Origin: Candidatus Bathyarchaeum sp.
GTDB taxonomy: Archaea > Thermoproteota > Bathyarchaeia > Bathyarchaeales > Bathyarchaeaceae
Direction of reading: 5' to 3'
NCBI GenBank assembly: GCA_020344315.1
Contig: CP070820.1
Coordinates: forward strand, 319,116 to 383,115
Length of the DNA stretch: 64,000 nt
Below the pieces are notes generated by a model, which had not been told where the DNA came from, did no database searches, and saw only the letters and a list, made by a program, of their open reading frames with translations. The translations under genes were made by a program, and so were the position numbers. Shown here piece by piece: positions 1-8,670 of this stretch. How positions within the stretch are numbered: the first letter of the stretch is position 1; each line of letters starts with the position of its first letter.

Positions 1-153
1 TTTGAGAATCGAGTTTATGAAATTCGGATGCAGTTGTGGAGCTTCGAAGGCTGCTCCAACTTTCTATCAAGAGTTAAAATTTAATCGGTCCGTCTTCTCG
101 GAGAATAAAAGGTTTAATATTCTCTTTTCTTGTTTTACCTTTAGGTGTAAACT

Positions 154-1233
154 TTGAGGTTATTCACGGTCGGTCCTGTTGCTTGCTATCCCGAAGTTCT
201 TAAAGAAATGAAACAGCAAATGTTCAGCCACAGGAGCCAAGAATACAAGAAACTCCATGCCGAAACAGTAGAACTGTTACAGAATTTCTTGGAGACAAAA
301 AATGAAGTATTCCTCTTTTCAAGCACTGGTTCAGGATTCATGGAAGCATCCGTCAGAAACTGCGTAAACAAAAAGATGCTATGTTGTATATGTGGAAGCT
401 TCGGCAAAAGATTCGCAGACGTAGCAACTTCAAACGGAAAACAAATAGAAACAATCGAGCCTCCCCTAGGAGAACCCATCACACCAGATTTGCTAGACCA
501 AAAATTGATGAAGAATCCAGACATCGAAGCCGTCTCCATCACTCACAACGAAACAAGTGTAGGACTGATGAACCCCTTAGAAGAACTCGCTGCCATTGCT
601 AAAGAGCATGGCAAGCTGCTCTTTGTTGACGCCGTGAGTTCAATGGGCGGAACGGAAATCATAGTCGACAAATGGGACTTGGATGTCTGCTTTTCAAGTT
701 CCCAGAAGTGCTTCGGCGTTCCTCCTGGCTTAGGTGTGGGAAGCGTGAGTGAAGAGGCTCTAAAAAAATCGGAAACTATCAAAAATAAAGGCTGGTACTT
801 CGATTTCAAAATATGGGAAAAATATCAAAAACAGAAGGGCACACCCATGACATCCGTTATTCCCCAGATAGCTGGTTTAAACAGAATCCTTAAGATGATC
901 GAAGAGAAAGGTGGCAAAAAATGGTTCTTCAATCTATATGCAGAAAGGAATCAACAGATTCGAGAAGGCGTAGAAAAACTGGGATTGACCCTGTTCCCCA
1001 AAAGCGGCTACGAAAGCCCAACAGTAACCTGCGTAAACGCCCCAGCTAACATTGATGGACTTGAAATTTACGAGAAGATGCGGAAAAAAGGGTTTGAGCT
1101 TGCGAAGGGCTACGGAAGCATAAAAAACGCCACCTTCAGGATAGGAAACATGGGATACATTGAATTCGAGGATATACACTCGATGTTGGAAGCTCTAGGA
1201 ACGGTCTTGGTTGACCTTGGATGGAAACGTTAG
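154..1233 (+). CDS. Class V PLP aminotransferase (serine-glyoxylate / archaeal phosphoserine aminotransferase type)
   Basis: 359-aa ORF with TTG start. N-terminus FTVGPV..P.V...M, SSTGSGFMEA and the overall length are typical of class V aminotransferases. It lies next to a phosphoglycerate dehydrogenase-like gene. Confidence 0.8.
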   Translation: MRLFTVGPVACYPEVLKEMKQQMFSHRSQEYKKLHAETVELLQNFLETKNEVFLFSSTGSGFMEASVRNCVNKKMLCCICGSFGKRFADVATSNGKQIETIEPPLGEPITPDLLDQKLMKNPDIEAVSITHNETSVGLMNPLEELAAIAKEHGKLLFVDAVSSMGGTEIIVDKWDLDVCFSSSQKCFGVPPGLGVGSVSEEALKKSETIKNKGWYFDFKIWEKYQKQKGTPMTSVIPQIAGLNRILKMIEEKGGKKWFFNLYAERNQQIREGVEKLGLTLFPKSGYESPTVTCVNAPANIDGLEIYEKMRKKGFELAKGYGSIKNATFRIGNMGYIEFEDIHSMLEALGTVLVDLGWKR

Positions 1234-1399
1234 CTAAAAAACCAAGTAAATTCATATATCTAAAAATGCTTAAATAATGCATTGAGCTTTCTCCCTGAGC
1301 TAAAGGGCTGTTCGGCATGAGGGACAATTTCAGCTACAACCAATCGATTTCCAAAAAACGCCAATCCAAGAAAATTGAATGTTAATGGTCGGTGGAACA

Positions 1400-2305
1400 A
1401 TGCGAAAACATACAATTCTAGTCTGTGACAATTTCGGTCAAGAGTTTCTCGATCATCTATCCAAGTTTGGAGAGGTTACTCAAGCAAACGACATCGACCC
1501 AAGTATGCCACTCAATGAAGTTACCATACTGGTTGTCCGAAGCAAAACAAAAGTTAACAAAGAACTAGTGAATAAAATGCGAAGCCTCGAATGCGTTATA
1601 ACTGCGACCCATGGCCTTGACCATATCGATCTGGAGTACTTGACAGAGAAGGGAATCGCATTCTTCAATATTCCTGTTCAATCCTATGACGTTGCCCAAG
1701 GCGTCATAGCCTACATTCTGGCTTATTCCACAAACCTACTTGAAGGAGATAGGTCGATGAAGCGGGGAGAATGGAAGAAGAAGTCCTTGATTGGATGCCG
1801 GATTACGGGAAAAGCTTTGGGAATTATTGGCTGTGGCAAAATTGGTAGGGAAGTTGCTAGGCTGGGCGCCGCTCTTGGAATGAAAGTTATTGTTTCTGAT
1901 CCTTGCCTTAAGGATGACGACACTATTGTTGTTGTTTCCTTGGAAGAACTCTTGAAGGCATCTGATTTTATATCACTCAACTGTCCCTTGACTGAAGAGA
2001 CCAGGCATTTGATTGGAAGAGAAGAGATTGCTTTAATGAAGGATGGGGCATTCTTGGTGAATACGGCAAGAGGCGGCATCGTAGATGATGAGGCCCTCTT
2101 AGATGCGGTGCGTGCTGGAAAGATTGGGGCAGCCTTGGATGTTTATGAGTCTTCTGCGCCATTCGAAAACGATACAGAGAATAGTTTGATTAAGAGTGAA
2201 GGGGTGATGGCGACGCCCCACAGTATTGGTCAGACAATCGAGGCAATCGAAGGAAAAGGCAAGGGCGTACTAAAGGCTATTAAAGACCACATAGCCTCCA
2301 GCTAA
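1400..2305 (+). CDS. serA: D-isomer 2-hydroxyacid dehydrogenase, short D-3-phosphoglycerate dehydrogenase type (no ACT domain)
   Basis: Rossmann motif GIIGCGKIGREVA and the catalytic region NTARGGIVDDEAL..A..G.I.GAALDV. The ORF opens at 1379, but ATG 1400 is preceded by GGTGG (SD-like), so 1400 is preferred. Confidence 0.75.
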   Translation: MRKHTILVCDNFGQEFLDHLSKFGEVTQANDIDPSMPLNEVTILVVRSKTKVNKELVNKMRSLECVITATHGLDHIDLEYLTEKGIAFFNIPVQSYDVAQGVIAYILAYSTNLLEGDRSMKRGEWKKKSLIGCRITGKALGIIGCGKIGREVARLGAALGMKVIVSDPCLKDDDTIVVVSLEELLKASDFISLNCPLTEETRHLIGREEIALMKDGAFLVNTARGGIVDDEALLDAVRAGKIGAALDVYESSAPFENDTENSLIKSEGVMATPHSIGQTIEAIEGKGKGVLKAIKDHIASS

Positions 2306-2413
2306 ACGTTAAAGCATAGAAATTCGGGTCCAAGCAACCTACACCCTTTTTTTGTTTGCTGATTTAGCTTTTTAAATAAGGCACTGACAATTTAGTATAG
2401 TTTAGATGTATTA

Positions 2414-3355
2414 TTGAAGTTGGGGAATGGTACTTTGCAGAAATCTGTTTTGGTTGCTGCGGATAGAATAAGAAGGCTTGAGGTTCAGGGAGCCAGGAAT
2501 GTGGCGATAACTGCCATAAAGGCTATTGAAGAGGGGGCAAAGGGATCCGAGGCTAAAGGTAAAGAGGCGTTTCTGAATGAGTTGTCTGACGCTAGAGAGG
2601 TTCTTTTTGCTTCTAGAGAGACAGAGCCTTTGATGAGAAATGCTATTCGACATGTAATTTATGCGGTGGAATCTAGCGAGAAGGGGGCGGTTAAAGAACT
2701 GATTGATGTAGTTTCAGAGGTTTCAAGTCAATTCTTGGAGAATCTTGAAAGGTCGAAGGAGAAGATTGCTGCTATTGGTTCCAAACGAATCACCCATGGA
2801 TCGAAAGTTCTTACTCACTGCCATTCTTCAACCGTTACAGGTATGTTGAGAAGAGCGAAGGAGGAGGGAAAATCGTTTGAGGTTGTCTGCACCGAGTCAA
2901 GGCCTGTTTTTCAGGGCAGAATCACGGCAAAAGAGATGTTGGAGGCTGGAATCAAAACAACGTTGATTGTTGATTCTGCTGTGCGTTATTTCATGAATGA
3001 GGTTGATTTGGTGGTGGTGGGGGCGGATGCTATAACCTCTGAGGGCAATGTTATAAACAAGATTGGAACGAGCATGGTTGCTCTTGCTGCTAAGGAGGCG
3101 AGGACGCCTTTTTATGTGGTTTCGGAGCTTTTGAAGTTTGATCCTGTGACGATTCATGGCGATTATGAAATTATTGAGGAGAGAAGCCCCAGTGAGGTTT
3201 GGGATGATCCTCCTTCCGGCTTGATTATACGAAATCCGGCTTTCGACGTGACGAGGAGAGAGTTCATTCACGGAATTATATGTGAAGAAGGAATTATTTC
3301 TCCTCATGCGATAGGCGAGTTGGTGAGCAGGAAATATCCGTGGATTTTGAAGTAA
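2414..3355 (+). CDS. eIF-2B alpha/beta/delta family protein (ribose-1,5-bisphosphate isomerase-like, e2b2)
   Basis: 313 aa. Colinear by eye with archaeal e2b2/R15P isomerases: THCHS, ESRP.FQGR.TA.E, VVVGADAI...G.VINKIGT, NPAFDVT. No AMP phosphorylase or RuBisCO is adjacent, so the specific activity is not asserted. Confidence 0.8.
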   Translation: MKLGNGTLQKSVLVAADRIRRLEVQGARNVAITAIKAIEEGAKGSEAKGKEAFLNELSDAREVLFASRETEPLMRNAIRHVIYAVESSEKGAVKELIDVVSEVSSQFLENLERSKEKIAAIGSKRITHGSKVLTHCHSSTVTGMLRRAKEEGKSFEVVCTESRPVFQGRITAKEMLEAGIKTTLIVDSAVRYFMNEVDLVVVGADAITSEGNVINKIGTSMVALAAKEARTPFYVVSELLKFDPVTIHGDYEIIEERSPSEVWDDPPSGLIIRNPAFDVTRREFIHGIICEEGIISPHAIGELVSRKYPWILK

Positions 3356-3402
3356 TGTGGTCAGGCTGTGGTTCCAGTTTCTGTTTTTAGAGCGGGTGAG
3401 GT

Positions 3403-3699
3403 TCACTTCTTTTCGGGGATGCGGAGTTTCATGATTTTGAGTTTTTGGTCTAACTTTTGAAGTTTCTTTTCTAGTTCTTCTATGTGGGCTGAGTAGTGTT
3501 CGAGGCGTTTTCCGTCTATGCCTATCCAGTATGCGATGGCCGCTCCGGAGAGTCCCATTATTAGATAGTAGCTGTAGAGGGGTAATCTCCATGCTTCTAT
3601 TTGTCCGCCGAGACTGTTTAGAAGGTAGATTGTTGCGAGGATCATGATTAGAAAGTTCAGCAGATGTAAAAAGGCTAAAAAAGTTCGTATCCTCATCAT
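3403..3699 (-). CDS. Small membrane protein (2 predicted TM helices) with C-terminal coiled coil
   Basis: The ORF track opens at 3825, but ATGATG at 3699/3696 is directly preceded by GGGAGTGA (SD-like). Hydrophobic helices are followed by the heptad-like EELEKKLQKLDQKLKIMK. Confidence 0.45.
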   Translation of the reverse strand: MMRIRTFLAFLHLLNFLIMILATIYLLNSLGGQIEAWRLPLYSYYLIMGLSGAAIAYWIGIDGKRLEHYSAHIEELEKKLQKLDQKLKIMKLRIPEKK

Positions 3700-3966
3700 T
3701 TCACTCCCTTCCATAAGGTTACTTACTTTCACCTTAAAGCTTTGCGAACAAAGGTTTGAGTAAGCAAATAAGATGAAATTAGGTCGCGGGCGGAAATCAT
3801 GAATGTGAAAGCGCCAACTTCGCAAAAATAGTTTGAAGCCAGATACATTCTTTGAATTAGAATATTTCGGTAACCGTAGGAATACCCATAAGTTTTTAGC
3901 TTGTTTCTAAGTAGTTGTTGAGCAAGAGAGAATTGTAGTCTTTAAACGTTTAATGGAGAGTAGCAG

Positions 3967-4149
3967 ATGACGACTTTAAGAAGTCTCCGAGAAAAGATTC
4001 AGAAGCTGGAGAGCGAGAAGGCTGACCTCATGGCAGTAATAGAGGAACTCAAAGAAAAAGCAGAGACAAAAGCCACCGCTCTAGAAGAAGAGGTAGCCAA
4101 ACTGCGCGAAGAAGCAGAATCACTGAAAGAAATGCTCGACATCCTCTAA
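3967..4149 (+). CDS. Small coiled-coil protein, unknown function
   Basis: 60-aa ORF with GGAGAG upstream of the ATG. The sequence is highly charged and heptad-like (EKIQKLESEKADL...EEEVAKLREEAESLKEML). Confidence 0.4.
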   Translation: MTTLRSLREKIQKLESEKADLMAVIEELKEKAETKATALEEEVAKLREEAESLKEMLDIL

Positions 4150-4270
4150 TAGAATCTACCATCCAACCTCAAGGATTCAGCCCTATCCAAAGAAAGCCCA
4201 ATCCAACATTACATAGACAAAGTCCTAACTAACAAACACTCCACATCTCTTCGGGCCATTCTACCCTTCA

Positions 4271-4304
4271 TATTTGAAGACTAATAATACTTCATTGTTG
4301 AAAA
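4271..4304 (+). repeat. 34-nt conserved upstream element, copy A (TATTTGAAGACTAATAATACTTCATTGTTGAAAA)
   Basis: 33/34 identical to the reverse complement of 34497-34530. It sits about 125 bp upstream of the CitG-like gene, in the same orientation relative to its gene as copy B1. Confidence 0.8.
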
Positions 4305-4353
4305 CTAGCTTTTTCTAGAAAACATGGGTGCCAACTGTTTCTGGCAAGATTGA

Positions 4354-4369
4354 GTGTAATTTTTTACAC
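4354..4369. promoter_or_regulatory. Palindrome GTGTAA-TTTT-TTACAC upstream of the CitG-like gene
   Basis: The 16-mer is identical to 34316-34331. It lies 60-75 bp upstream of ATG 4429 and overlaps a T/A-rich TATA-like stretch. Confidence 0.55.
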
Positions 4370-4428
4370 AAAGTAATTAAACTTCGCCTGCAAAATGACG
4401 ATATACAGCAAGCTCAAGGTTAGCCACC

Positions 4429-5379
4429 ATGAAGTACAGCTCATCCACAGAAAAGGCTGAACACATCTCCAGATGCCTAGAACTCGCCATCCTCCTGGAG
4501 GTAAGTGCCTACCCAAAGCCCGGAAACGTCCACCGAACAGCAGACTTTCCCGAGACACGATATGAACATTTTCTCGCGTCAGCAGTTGCAATAGCGCCCT
4601 CCTTCAAGAATGCAGCAGAACAGGGAATCAGGGTCTCTGAAGGAAAAATCCCTCCCTCTGAGGTGGGCATGGGGAACATAATCAAAGATGCAGTTGACAG
4701 AATGAGGCGGAACCAAAGCGGCGGCAACACTCTTTTAGGAGCGATTATCCTGCTTGCACCCCTAGCGGCTGCAGCTGGAATGGTCGCCAACCACTTCTCT
4801 CTGCCTAGGCTTAGAGAAAAGATTAAGGTGATTGTTGAATCGACAACTCCAGAGGATGCAGTGGACGTTTATAACGCGATATTTGCTGTGAATCCGGGAG
4901 GCCTAGGTAAGTCTCCTAAACTGGACGTGACAGACCCAACTTCAAAGAAGAGGATTCTAAAAGAGCAAGTGACCCTTTTTGAGACCTTTAAGATTGCCTC
5001 AGCATACGACTCCATTGCCTCAGAGTGGGTAAACAACTATCCCATCACCTTCGATCTGGGCTATCCATACTTCATTGAACAGCTTGAAGAGACAGGAGAC
5101 ATCAACACGGCAACTGTCCATGCTTTCCTGAAGGTTCTAGCCGAAGTCCCAGACACTTTTATCAGCCGAAAAGTGGGTCAAACCAAGGCGGAAAGCATCT
5201 CAGCTGATGCTGGAGGGGTCTTGAAGGAGGGGGGCTTGACAACACCGTCAGGAAGAGACCTCATCCAGAAGTTAGACATCAAACTTAGAGACCCAGCCCA
5301 TGACCTCAGTCCAGGAACAACAGCAGACATAACAGAAGCAATACTAGCCCTCAACAACCTAAACGGATACAAACCATAA
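4429..5379 (+). CDS. Triphosphoribosyl-dephospho-CoA synthase (CitG/MdcB) family protein
   Basis: 316 aa. Family-typical motifs are E....PKPGNV.R..D...T.YE.F..S and GGNT.LGAI.LL.PLA.AAG. Confidence 0.75.
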   Translation: MKYSSSTEKAEHISRCLELAILLEVSAYPKPGNVHRTADFPETRYEHFLASAVAIAPSFKNAAEQGIRVSEGKIPPSEVGMGNIIKDAVDRMRRNQSGGNTLLGAIILLAPLAAAAGMVANHFSLPRLREKIKVIVESTTPEDAVDVYNAIFAVNPGGLGKSPKLDVTDPTSKKRILKEQVTLFETFKIASAYDSIASEWVNNYPITFDLGYPYFIEQLEETGDINTATVHAFLKVLAEVPDTFISRKVGQTKAESISADAGGVLKEGGLTTPSGRDLIQKLDIKLRDPAHDLSPGTTADITEAILALNNLNGYKP

Positions 5380-5439
5380 ACTAGACTAAAAAGAACCCAA
5401 AACCAGTTAAAAATTAATTTCGGGTTTGGGGGTTAGATT

Positions 5440-5943
5440 TTAGCGCGCGTGCTCTTCTATATTACGAGCTGTTGGAGATAGGCAATCAACAACATGTCCG
5501 CACTCTAGACATTTTTCAGGTATCTCCACCGATTTTGGGCGCTTATGCAAATATCCTAGGTAAAACCCGCATCCAGGTGGAATCGAAGCGTCCTGCGGTA
5601 TCTGCTTTTCCTCCTCTTTAACAGTTTGAATCTGCTGGACTTGCTCACTCGGCTCTATTCGCTCTCCTTCCAGTACTTGTTGAACTTGCTGGACTTGTTG
5701 AATTTTTTTTGTTCGCTTTTTTTGTACACTTTGTTTTGTGAGAAGTGTTGGTTTCCCAAAAATTCCGATTCTTCCAAGCTGAGTGCTAAGAATGATTAGT
5801 ACAATGGATAGTATCAATCCAAAATAATTCTGCATGCTCACTTGACCCAGTGCCTTATTCCAAATGAAAACATCGTAGCCTATCCAATACAAGAACCATA
5901 TGGAAGAAATAATGAAAGCAATAATCCACACTGCCTTAAGCAT
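5440..5943 (-). CDS. Membrane protein with low-complexity Q/V linker and C-terminal Cys4 zinc-ribbon-like motif
   Basis: Two N-terminal TM helices, then KKIQQVQQVQQV...EQVQQIQ repeats, then C-terminal CGFYLGYLHKRPK..IPEKCLECGHVVDC. ATG 5943 is preferred over TTG 5970. Confidence 0.55.
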   Translation of the reverse strand: MLKAVWIIAFIISSIWFLYWIGYDVFIWNKALGQVSMQNYFGLILSIVLIILSTQLGRIGIFGKPTLLTKQSVQKKRTKKIQQVQQVQQVLEGERIEPSEQVQQIQTVKEEEKQIPQDASIPPGCGFYLGYLHKRPKSVEIPEKCLECGHVVDCLSPTARNIEEHAR

Positions 5944-5966
5944 TACTAACCTAGATTTTGTGAAAA

Positions 5967-6290
5967 TCAAACCGTATCCGCCTCATTTGATCTTTTTCGC
6001 TTTGTGCCCGTCTTGAGTGCTTTCGTAAGCTCTTCACAGGAAAATTTCAAGTCCAAGATTTCGTCTCTCAGTTTTTCTATGCTGTTCTTTTTGTATTCAA
6101 TCTCTTTCTGGACCTTTAACCGCAGTTTTTCCTTCAAAGATACCAGGTTTTCCTTCTCTTCTATCAAATTAGCTTCGTTATTCATTAATTTCTGCAAAAC
6201 TTCACTTGGTTCTTCCTCGACGTTTTCCTGCTCTGAAACAGTTTCCTTCTCAAGAATAGCCGCAGCTTTTCCTCTCCTCAACCTAACCAT
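5967..6290 (-). CDS. Coiled-coil protein, unknown function
   Basis: 107 aa, charged and heptad-like. It is immediately upstream of, and co-oriented with, 5440-5943. The antisense ORF 6004-6327 is low-complexity and was judged spurious. Confidence 0.45.
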   Translation of the reverse strand: MVRLRRGKAAAILEKETVSEQENVEEEPSEVLQKLMNNEANLIEEKENLVSLKEKLRLKVQKEIEYKKNSIEKLRDEILDLKFSCEELTKALKTGTKRKRSNEADTV

Positions 6291-6449
6291 TTTGGCATCA
6301 AAACAAAATGTATCGAAGAGAATGTAAAAACATTATGAACGCCTAATTTGAACTTGAACTCAAGTTTCCAAACTAAGACGGCGCATAAGCAGTCTCTAAC
6401 AATGAGAAAAATGACCCGAATCCATCCTTCGTTAGTTACAAAAGCATTT

Positions 6450-6550
6450 GGGGAGAGCGAGCGAGCGAGCGTGTGAGTGACTGACTAACCACACGCGCGG
6501 GCGAGGTACGGTACACACGCGTATACAAGGGTACGTGGGTTGGGGGGGTT
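6450..6550. other. GC-rich low-complexity intergenic island: (GAGC)4 microsatellite, GCGTGTG/CACACGC hairpin, G-quadruplex-type run
   Basis: (GAGC)x4 at 6455-6470. A 7-bp stem at 6469-6475 / 6490-6496 encloses a 14-nt loop. GGGtacgtGGGttGGGGGGG lies at 6529-6548. The composition contrasts strongly with the surrounding AT-rich spacer. Confidence 0.6.
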
Positions 6551-6631
6551 AAAATCTAATAATTAATGGACTTTTGGGCTCAATTTAAATTCTAGAATCC
6601 TGTTATTAGGACGAGAGGAGGAGGCAATGGA

Positions 6632-7348
6632 ATGTTTGGCAGAGTTATAGTTGCTGTTGTTGGAAGCAGCAAATCCGGGAAAACCACGGCTATAGAAGCT
6701 TTGATAAGAGGATTGACAGAGAGGGGATACAATGTTGCCTCTGCAAAACATATCCCTGACCCTGAATTCACCCTTGACACAGAAGGAAAAGACACGTGGA
6801 GACACGCCAAAGCTGGAGCCAGCACCGTCTTAAGCGTTGCCCCCAAAGAACTAACCACCATCAAAAAAGTTGATACCACAGAATACACTCTAGAACAGAT
6901 TACGGCAGAGTTCGAGGAAGCTGACATCATCATCCTTGAAGGATTCAAAGCAATAGCAGGACAAGATGCGACCATACCCAAAATAGTAGCAGTTAAAACG
7001 GTTGACGAAATCTCAGCGGCTCTTGAAAGCTACAAAAACATCCTAGCCTTTATCGGTACCATCCCAGAGAAAAAAGGGAAAACAGAAATCCCATTCATAG
7101 ATGTGCTAAAAGAATCCGAGAAGCTTGTTGACTTGGTAAACCAAAAAGTTGCGATTTTAGTGGAAAGAAAACGGAAACAAGAAGAAAAAATCACAATACA
7201 GGTTGACGGAAGATTCGTGCCCCTAAGTCCCTTTGTTCAGAAGATCGTGGGGGAAACTATTCTCGCTATGATCTCAACTTTAAAAGAGATAAAAATAAAG
7301 GGGGAAGAGAAGGTTTCGATAGTCATCAAGAGACTTTCAAGAGGCTAG
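6632..7348 (+). CDS. mobB: Molybdopterin-guanine dinucleotide biosynthesis adapter MobB with about 80-aa C-terminal extension
   Basis: P-loop VVGSSKSGKTT, then H.P....LD.EGKDTWRH..AGA and ILEGFK. Strong SD (GAGGAGGAGG) upstream of ATG 6632. Confidence 0.8.
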   Translation: MFGRVIVAVVGSSKSGKTTAIEALIRGLTERGYNVASAKHIPDPEFTLDTEGKDTWRHAKAGASTVLSVAPKELTTIKKVDTTEYTLEQITAEFEEADIIILEGFKAIAGQDATIPKIVAVKTVDEISAALESYKNILAFIGTIPEKKGKTEIPFIDVLKESEKLVDLVNQKVAILVERKRKQEEKITIQVDGRFVPLSPFVQKIVGETILAMISTLKEIKIKGEEKVSIVIKRLSRG

Positions 7349-7491
7349 TGAGCTCAAGTGGCATCTGTGGGATTCAGAGAGATAATTTTTAAAGAGAGAA
7401 AGGAGGCTTTCAGACGCTGTCAAAAGAGTTGACACCTCTCTGAACCTTTCCACAACCACTATCAAGAGCTTAACTGACCCTCAATTTTACG

Positions 7492-8670
7492 TTAGAGTGC
7501 TTTGAAGGCTTCAGACCATTCGTTGTAAGATGATATACTGCGTGGAGATACGCTGGGCTTTCTGTCCTCCAAGATACCTCTGAAATCATTCATGGATATG
7601 GGTCTCGGCTTAGCGTGTTTGTCGCTTGCTTGGCCAGATTCGAATAGTTCTCCGATAACCCTTAGGTGAGCTGACTGACAAATGTCCCGTATGTCGCTTC
7701 CAGAGAAACCTCCAGCTAACCTAGCGAATTCATCTAGATCAACTTTCGATGCCAAATTCAGATGTGTTGTGTAAAGTTTGAGCATACTCAGTCGTGCCTC
7801 GTGGTCGGGTAGTGGAACCATGATTCGTTTCTGAAATCTACGTATGAATGGCCAGTCTAGGGCCCAAGGCTTGTTGGTGGCTCCGATCACGTATGCGTGG
7901 ATGTTTCTGCCTTTGTCGATAATTCCATCCATCTCCTTGAGAAACTGGTTGCGAACTCTGGTTTCTCCACCGACTTCGTTCGAGTGCATACCGATCAGCG
8001 AATCTAGCTCATCGATAAATAGTATGGCAGGGCGTCCGTTATTAGCAGTCTTTCTGGCTTGATTGAATAACTTTGCCACGTTCTTTTCAGCCTCGCCTAG
8101 CCATTTAGACATTACAGAGGCTGCATCCACTGAAACAAAAGCTGCATCGATCTCCGTTGCAACAGCAGCAGCTAGAAGGGTCTTTCCGCATCCGGGAGGA
8201 CCGAAAAGAAGTATTCCCCGAGGCCATCCTAAGGGAAATAAGTCCGGGCGCTCAACTGGGTACACAATAGCCTCTTTGATGGCTCTTTTCGCCAGTTCTA
8301 AGCCCACAACTTGGCCCCAACTTACATTAGGTTTCTCTTTTAGAACAAGTTCATCGTAGCTTGCCTTTCCATCCGTATCTGTTTCTCTCGAAGGTTCCAT
8401 CATCTCTGTTTTCTCCGGCTGAGGCTGGATGGGTTGGACAGGCCCCTCTCCTTGCAGAGCCTTTATCCTTTCTTGATACGCCTGCGCACGTTGAATGTAA
8501 ACCGTGTTTAGCCCATAATTAGGGTATAACCTGACGAGTTTCAGGAGGGTTGAGATGCCCTTCTGGTACATTGTGATGGCCATCCCCCTAGAACCCTGTT
8601 TGTCTAGGCGAACAGCCTCCATGGCATACTTTGTTGCAGCTTGTTCAAGTTCTTGGGAAGCGCTCATCAT
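7492..8670 (-). CDS. cdvC: Vps4-like AAA+ ATPase CdvC (MIT domain plus AAA)
   Basis: N-terminal MIT-like helices, Walker A GPPGCGKT, Walker B LFIDELD, second region of homology. ATG 8670 overlaps the cdvB TGA stop as ATGA. The ORF track opens at GTG 8676. Confidence 0.9.
   Translation of the reverse strand: MMSASQELEQAATKYAMEAVRLDKQGSRGMAITMYQKGISTLLKLVRLYPNYGLNTVYIQRAQAYQERIKALQGEGPVQPIQPQPEKTEMMEPSRETDTDGKASYDELVLKEKPNVSWGQVVGLELAKRAIKEAIVYPVERPDLFPLGWPRGILLFGPPGCGKTLLAAAVATEIDAAFVSVDAASVMSKWLGEAEKNVAKLFNQARKTANNGRPAILFIDELDSLIGMHSNEVGGETRVRNQFLKEMDGIIDKGRNIHAYVIGATNKPWALDWPFIRRFQKRIMVPLPDHEARLSMLKLYTTHLNLASKVDLDEFARLAGGFSGSDIRDICQSAHLRVIGELFESGQASDKHAKPRPISMNDFRGILEDRKPSVSPRSISSYNEWSEAFKAL

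Noticed and set aside
1-84. Possible 3' end of a plus-strand gene at the window edge (…FENRVYEIRMQLWSFEGCSNFLSRVKI*)
   Set aside because: Only 27 codons are visible and contain no recognisable motif, so it cannot be supported as a feature.
2897-3592. 231-aa ORF on the minus strand
   Set aside because: It lies antisense to the well-supported e2b2-family gene. It is Arg/His/Asn-rich and low-complexity with no motifs, which is a typical shadow ORF. The same reasoning applies to 6592-6981, 20608-21093, 23741-24259, 29682-30170, 30355-30777, 47333-47791, 51599-52060 and 55372-55770.
5630-5700. Short tandem DNA repeats considered as a CRISPR-like or mini-satellite array
   Set aside because: They lie inside a coding region and simply encode the QQVQQV low-complexity linker. 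No repeat-spacer architecture exists anywhere in the window.
6300-6631. Replication origin, considered because of the unusual GC island in a long spacer
   Set aside because: There is no cdc6/orc1 gene nearby, no recognisable repeated ORB-type boxes, and no flanking AT-rich unwinding element beyond the normal spacer composition.
7419-7433. GTCAA-AAGAG-TTGAC palindrome resembling the operator family
   Set aside because: The arms are only 5 bp with a different spacer length. It sits between convergent gene ends (mobB and cdvC), so it is more likely a terminator-region hairpin than an operator.
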